Source: Octopus vulgaris
Lineage: Eukaryota
DNA: 64,000 nt
NCBI GenBank assembly: GCA_951406725.2
Contig: OX597817.1
Coordinates: 61,070,001-61,134,000 of the forward strand
Reading direction: 5' to 3'
Every line of letters starts with the position of its first letter. Position 1 is the stretch's first letter. Both the position numbers and the translations under genes were made by a program. The notes beneath the pieces were generated by a model. It was not told the origin of the DNA. It was given only the letters and a program-made list of their open reading frames with translations, and made no database searches. This document shows, in pieces, positions 58,391 to 64,000 of the stretch.

Positions 58391-59013
58391 CAGTCACACA
58401 CACACTAATCCTTCCTATGGCCACCTTAAATCAATATGAGTGTATTTTTGTGTCATGTAAATGATGATAAACGAGTGCTGATGGAGAAGCTTTTCAATTG
58501 GCTTCAGTTTCTATTCTAATAAAATTTGTTATTGTTGTCAGTGTTGTTGTTGTTGTCACTAGTTTTGCGTTGTTATTCTTGTTTATTTTTCCTGTTTTTT
58601 GTGTTGTTTCGCCCCCCTCCCCACCATTTTCTTCGTTTATGTTGTACAACGGCCAAGTCTCTGAATATTTAAAAACTTTGCTAAACCACATTTAGTATTA
58701 TTTCACTAATTTGTTTGATTGGTTGTCATAGTTACCAGTGTTTCTATGGCATTTCTCCACCCTCCTCCCACTTCGCCACCGCACGCCACCGCACGCCACC
58801 GCGCGCCACGGCGGTTCTAATCTGTTGCTCAAGACAGCTGTTAGTCATCAACGTACACATTCCCGTGATCATCATCACCACCATTATCAGCAGCAGCAGC
58901 AGCAACAGCAGCGTCATCTACACCATCATTATCGTCACCGCCATCAGCATCACCACCACCACCATCATCATCATGTGCGACAGCAGCAGCGTCATCATCA
59001 TCATCATCATCAA

Positions 59014-59081
<68 letters not shown>

Positions 59082-59202
59082 CCATCTGCAGCAGCAGCGT
59101 CATCTTCATCAACATCTCAACCATATAATACGACTTAAGACATAAAGAAGTGGAGCTTGAAATGAGAAAGGTAACAATAATGATATTACTACTACTACAA
59201 CA

Positions 59203-59252
<50 letters not shown>

Positions 59253-59273
59253 CACTACTACTACTACATCAAC

Positions 59274-59310
<37 letters not shown>

Positions 59311-59312
<2 letters not shown>

Positions 59313-61729
59313 GATCCCCAACTTCTGGTTGAAATATCTAACAGGAATGCACAAAAAGCTGGCTGAAAACTTTAACAACATACTAGCAGAGCCAGAGACA
59401 ATGCCTGAATGGCTCACGAAGGGGAAAACTATCTTAATTCCCAAATCAAATGAAACAGAAAAACCAGAAAACTACAGACCAATAACCTGCCTCCCTACTA
59501 TGTTCAAGGCAGTGATATCGCAAAGGCTGAACAAGCACCTGGACGAAAACAAACTGTTCCCAGAAGAGCAGAAAGGATGCCGCAAAGGCTCATATGGCTG
59601 TAAAGATCAACTAACGATTAATAAAGCCATAACTGAAGACAGCCACAGAAAGAAGAAAGGCCTCAGTATGGCCTGGATTGACTACAAAAAGGCGTTTGAT
59701 AGCATCCCCCACACATGGATCCTCGAAACACTAGCCATTAACAAAATAGCACCAACAATCATAAAATTCATAGAGCACTCTATGAATAAATGGCAAACAG
59801 TCCTACACCTCCAAACAAAAGAGGGATTCATGAAAACCAAAGACATCCCCATTAGAAGAGGAATATTCCAGGGAGACACGCTCTCTCCACTCCTTTTCTG
59901 CTTGGCACTGTCACCTCTATCTGATATACTAAATAGAACTGGATGCGGATATAAATGTTACGGCAAAACGATCAGCCACCTTTTATATATGGATGACCTA
60001 AAACTATACGCTGCAAATGACAAACAGCTGGAAACACTATTAAAGACAGTTTATGGATTTACCAAAGAAATAGATATGAAATTTGGATTAGAAAAATGCA
60101 CCAAAGTAACCATGAAAAGAGGAAAACTAGTTAAGAGTAACAACATCACACTAGATAAAACCAATGAAATAAAAGAATTAGACCAAAGCCAAACTTACAA
60201 ATACTTAGGAATCCATGAACTAGATAAGACACAACACACACAAATGAAAGAGAAAATAAAAAAAGAATATTATAGACGAGTTAGATCAATACTAAAAACA
60301 GAGCTCAATGCTAAAAACAAGATAATAGGTATCAACACTATAGCTGTCCCAGTTATAAGTTACAGCTACAATATCCTTAACTGGACACGAAATGAACTGA
60401 CCAAAATAGATAGGAAAACAAGAAAAATAATGACAGGATCTAGGATGCATCACCCAAAATCTGACATAGAAAGACTATATATACAACGTATAGAAGGTGG
60501 TAGAGGCCTTATACAGCTGGAAAACTACTATAAAATAACCACCATAGGACTGCACAAATATCTACTTCAGAAGGAAGGAAAACTGATCCAGATAGCGGCA
60601 AAACACGAGCAAAACAAAAAACTGTTCTCAGTATTTAAGGAAGCTGACAAATACAAACAAGAAATCATACCACCTAATAAACATGAAGAAGAAGAAGAAG
60701 AAGAAGAAGAAGAAGAAGAAGAAGAAGAAGAAGAAGAAGAAGAAGAAGAAGAAGAAGAAGAAGAAGAAGAAGAAGAAGAAGAAGAAGAAGAAGAAGACAC
60801 AACAAAAGCTATAAAACAAATAAAATCCAAACTAAAAATAGAACAGCAACGAACCAAGATAAAACGATGGCAAGAAAAGCCCCTTCATGGTAAATACTGG
60901 ACTAAACTAAACGCAAAAGAAATAGACAAAGAAAAATCCCAGCAATGGTTGAGAAGCTCAGGACTCAAAGCAGAAACAGAGGGATTTTTAATTGCAGCAC
61001 AAGACCAAAGCCTCCCCACCAGAAATTACCAAAAACATGTAATGAAAAGAAATATTACAAGTAACTGCAGAATATGTGGAGATGGACAAGAAACAATAAA
61101 TCATATTATCTCTAGCTGCCCAGTCCTGGCTAAGAAGGAATATATTCACAGACATGACAGAGTTGGAACCTACATACATTGGAAGCTATGCCAACATTAT
61201 GGAATAACAACAGAAAAAAGATGGTATAGGCACACACCAGAAAAGGTCACAGAAAACGAGAAAGCAACCATACTCTGGGATATGCCGATACACACAGATA
61301 GAGAAATTAAGAACAACAGACCAGATATAGTTGTTAGAGATCATGAAGAAAAAAAATGCTTTCTAATTGATGTATCAATACCGGCAGATGATAACGTGTC
61401 TCTAAAAGAAATGGAGAAACTCTCAAAATACAAAGACCTGGAAATAGAGGTAACTAGAATGTGGAATCTGAAAACAGAAACAATTCCTATCATAGTAGGT
61501 GCATTAGGCATGATAAAAAAATATTCAGACAAATACATAACAAAAACACCAGGACTTACAAACACATATAACATACAGAAAATTGCACTACTAGGCACTG
61601 CACACATCCTACGCAGAACACTTTCCATACAATAACCATCAGAGCATCACAACAAATCACAGCACATACCCAAGGCACACAGAGCTGCGCTCGGTAGTGA
61701 AGTGAAAGCACGCTATAAAAATAAAACTA

Positions 61730-61733
<4 letters not shown>
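59311..61733 (+). mobile_element. 5'-truncated R4/Dong-like retrotransposon, second family (open frame to 61635)
   Basis: Starts directly after (TAA)n at KIPNFWLK. Has YRPITCL, GIFQGD, YMDD, CRIC...HIISSC, RHD, NRPDI and KYKDL with no stops; 3' UTR then (TAA)n. Confidence 0.92.
60685..60795 (+). repeat. (GAA)37 in-frame poly-Glu tract
   Basis: Pure GAA run between NKH and DTTK. Confidence 0.9.
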
Positions 61734-61813
<80 letters not shown>

Positions 61814-62090
61814 CGAGTATTCCCTGTGATCACAATATAGCGGTGAAAAAATTTGACAAGATTAGTAAATATAAAGACCTGCTAATAGAAATTGAAAATA
61901 TGTGGCATCTCAAGGCGACTACAGTACCAGTGATTGTAGGATCTCTAGGAATGATTTAAAAAAAGGTACTGAAACCTATTTGAAAATGATTCCAGGCTTA
62001 CCATCCCTACAGGAAGTGCAAAAAAAATCGTATTAACTGGAACGGCTCATGTACTGAGAAGAGCACTATCGCTCTGAAAATAACATCCAT
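61814..62090 (+). mobile_element. R4-like 3' stub stacked behind the (TAA)n tail
   Basis: SIPCDHNIAVKKFDKISKYKDLLIEIENMWHLK...; same family as 6997 and 32505. Confidence 0.75.
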
Positions 62091-62093
62091 CCA

Positions 62094-62377
62094 TTTGAAT
62101 AATTCACCTTTGGAAACATGGAGTCTTCGTTCAACATCCTTAAAAACCCCCTATTCAAGGAGCTTTTGAGCGGGATGAGCTACTCGACCTGAAGAATGGG
62201 CCGCACCAGCAAGGTCATGTGCTGTTTCTCTTGATATAAGATCACCATGTCACGCACATATGGTTGTGATGCATGTGCCTGGTGTACCCTTATGAAACGG
62301 GTTGTCATGATGTGTATATTGGGGTTCGTATATTGTACCTCAGTGTCACTTTCATGGCATGCGATGCTCTCTCACTC

Positions 62378-62378
<1 letters not shown>
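62094..62378 (+). mobile_element. Unclassified dispersed repeat ending in (TAA)n
   Basis: Homologous to ~5885-6195 (TTTGAATAATTC...TTTTGAGCGGGATG...CAAGGTCATGTGCTGTTT...CTCACTCAATAAT). Confidence 0.55.
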
Positions 62379-62438
<60 letters not shown>

Positions 62439-62502
62439 TACACTGTTACGAAGTAATAATAACAATAATGATAAATAATTATAATTATTACTATTATATA
62501 AA

Positions 62503-62890
62503 AGGTGGCGAGCTAGCAGAAACGTTAGCACGCCGAGCGAAATGCGTAGCCGTATTTCGCCTGCCGTTACGTTCTGAGTTCAAATTCTGCCGAGGTCGAC
62601 TTTGCCCTCCATCCTTTCGGGGTCAATAAATAAAATACCAGTTACGCACTGGGGTCGATATAATCGACTTAATCCGTTTGTTTGTCCTTGTTTGTCCTCT
62701 CTGTGTTTAGCCCCTTGTGGGTAGTAAAGAAATAGGTATTTCGTCTGTCGCTACGTTCTGAGTTCAAATTCCGCCGAGATCGACTTTTCCTTTCATTCTT
62801 TCAGGGTCGATAAAATAAGTACCAACTGAACACTGGAGTCGATACAATCGACTCATGCCCACCTCCCACAAATTGCCCTTGTGGAAAAAA
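62503..62890 (+). mobile_element. tRNA-derived SINE, family 2
   Basis: Full dimeric copy; a further monomeric copy lies at ~63780-63982. Confidence 0.8.
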
Positions 62891-64000
62891 AATTAAAATA
62901 CTAATTGTTATGATTATAATATTTTCTAGTGTAGACACCTAGGCCTGAAATGTTAAGGGAGGGTCGTAACCGATTACATCTACCTGAATGTTCAACTGGT
63001 ATTTATTCGATTGACTGCGAAATGATGAAAGGCAGAAGTGAGTTTAAAATCAGTACGTAAAGAACCTGTAAGAAATATCAGGACTCAGCCAGGGAATTGA
63101 AATTATTGTGAAAGTCTAAGACAAAATATTATTCCAATGGTAATTGGCCCACTTGATACATCACCCAAACTGCTACCTAAGAGAGTGAAAGACACAGGAA
63201 ATGAGACTTGCATTATCGATCTGCGGAACATTGATGTCCTGTATTCTAGAAGAATCGATTCAGGCTAATTTCGAACAGCATTCCTCTTCAGAAATAATCT
63301 CAACGTGTTAGGATTCATATAAGCGACAGGTTGAATCTATTATTTAATGCATTACATGGAAGTCATAGAGATTTTGAAAGTATTATCATAATGCTTGTAG
63401 TTTGTTTGGCAATGGTGATCTTAATCAATGGGTAAATAGATGAAAAGCTTGTAACAACGAACGGGGCGGATAAAGATAACAATGAAACAAGCAGATGACA
63501 CAATAGAACCGCACAAGAGACAATGGCTTGTAAGGAAACTTCAAACGTAAATGCGATCTGTTGCCAATCGATAATGTTCAATAACCTATCTGTTGCACTG
63601 TAATATAAAAATTTAATTCTCCTATAAAAGAGCAAGATTATTGAAGAAACTTGTCGAATCAGTCAATTGTTTAGGAGATCCTTAAACTAAACGAGTAGAC
63701 GAGAGGTTGTCGGATCGCATTGTGTTAACGGTAGTAAATTGTTTTCATTTAATCTTAAGCCTAAACTGACGAACTGACCCATTTGCCAGAAGGGCGGTAG
63801 AAATGCTTAGCAGTATTTCACCTGGCTCTTTTCGTTCGAAGTTCAAATACCGCCGAGGTCTACTATGCCTTTCATTCTTACGGGGTCGATAAAATTAGTA
63901 CCAGTTACGCACTGGGGTTCGATGTAATCCACTTATTCCCTTCCCCCGAATTTGAGGCCTTGTGCTTCCAGGAGAAAGAATTATCATCATCATCATCATC

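Noticed and set aside
58738-59145. His/Gln-rich ORF and the many poly-I/Y/H/T/C/V ORFs
   Set aside because: Translations of microsatellites with no coding signature.

Overview
AT-rich, microsatellite-saturated eukaryotic intronic or intergenic DNA. The repeat make-up (two abundant tRNA-derived SINE families; dense (TA)n, (TAA)n, (CA)n and (TATC)n tracts) suggests a cephalopod such as Octopus; this is an inference. I found no convincing host gene, and most listed ORFs are microsatellite translations. Recognisable coding sequence is all transposon-derived: a near-full-length R4/Dong-like retrotransposon (Myb-like domain, RT, CCHC finger, restriction-like endonuclease; one frameshift, ~16.9-21.1 kb), a 5'-truncated second family (59.3-61.7 kb) and several 3' stubs in (TAA)n, CR1/L2-like LINE 3' fragments, a mariner remnant and a Penelope-type GIY-YIG remnant. 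The most notable signal is a set of non-coding elements in (TA)n tracts that carry type I hammerhead ribozyme (HHR) folds. These include a 364-bp tandem unit with one HHR per monomer plus an inverted copy (22.4-23.5 kb, retrozyme or Penelope pLTR-like), fold-back insertions with outward-facing HHRs (8.5 and 41.6 kb, half-motif at 35.1 kb), and dispersed families with non-canonical cores (CCGANGA, CUGUNGA). All folds were read by eye and are untested.
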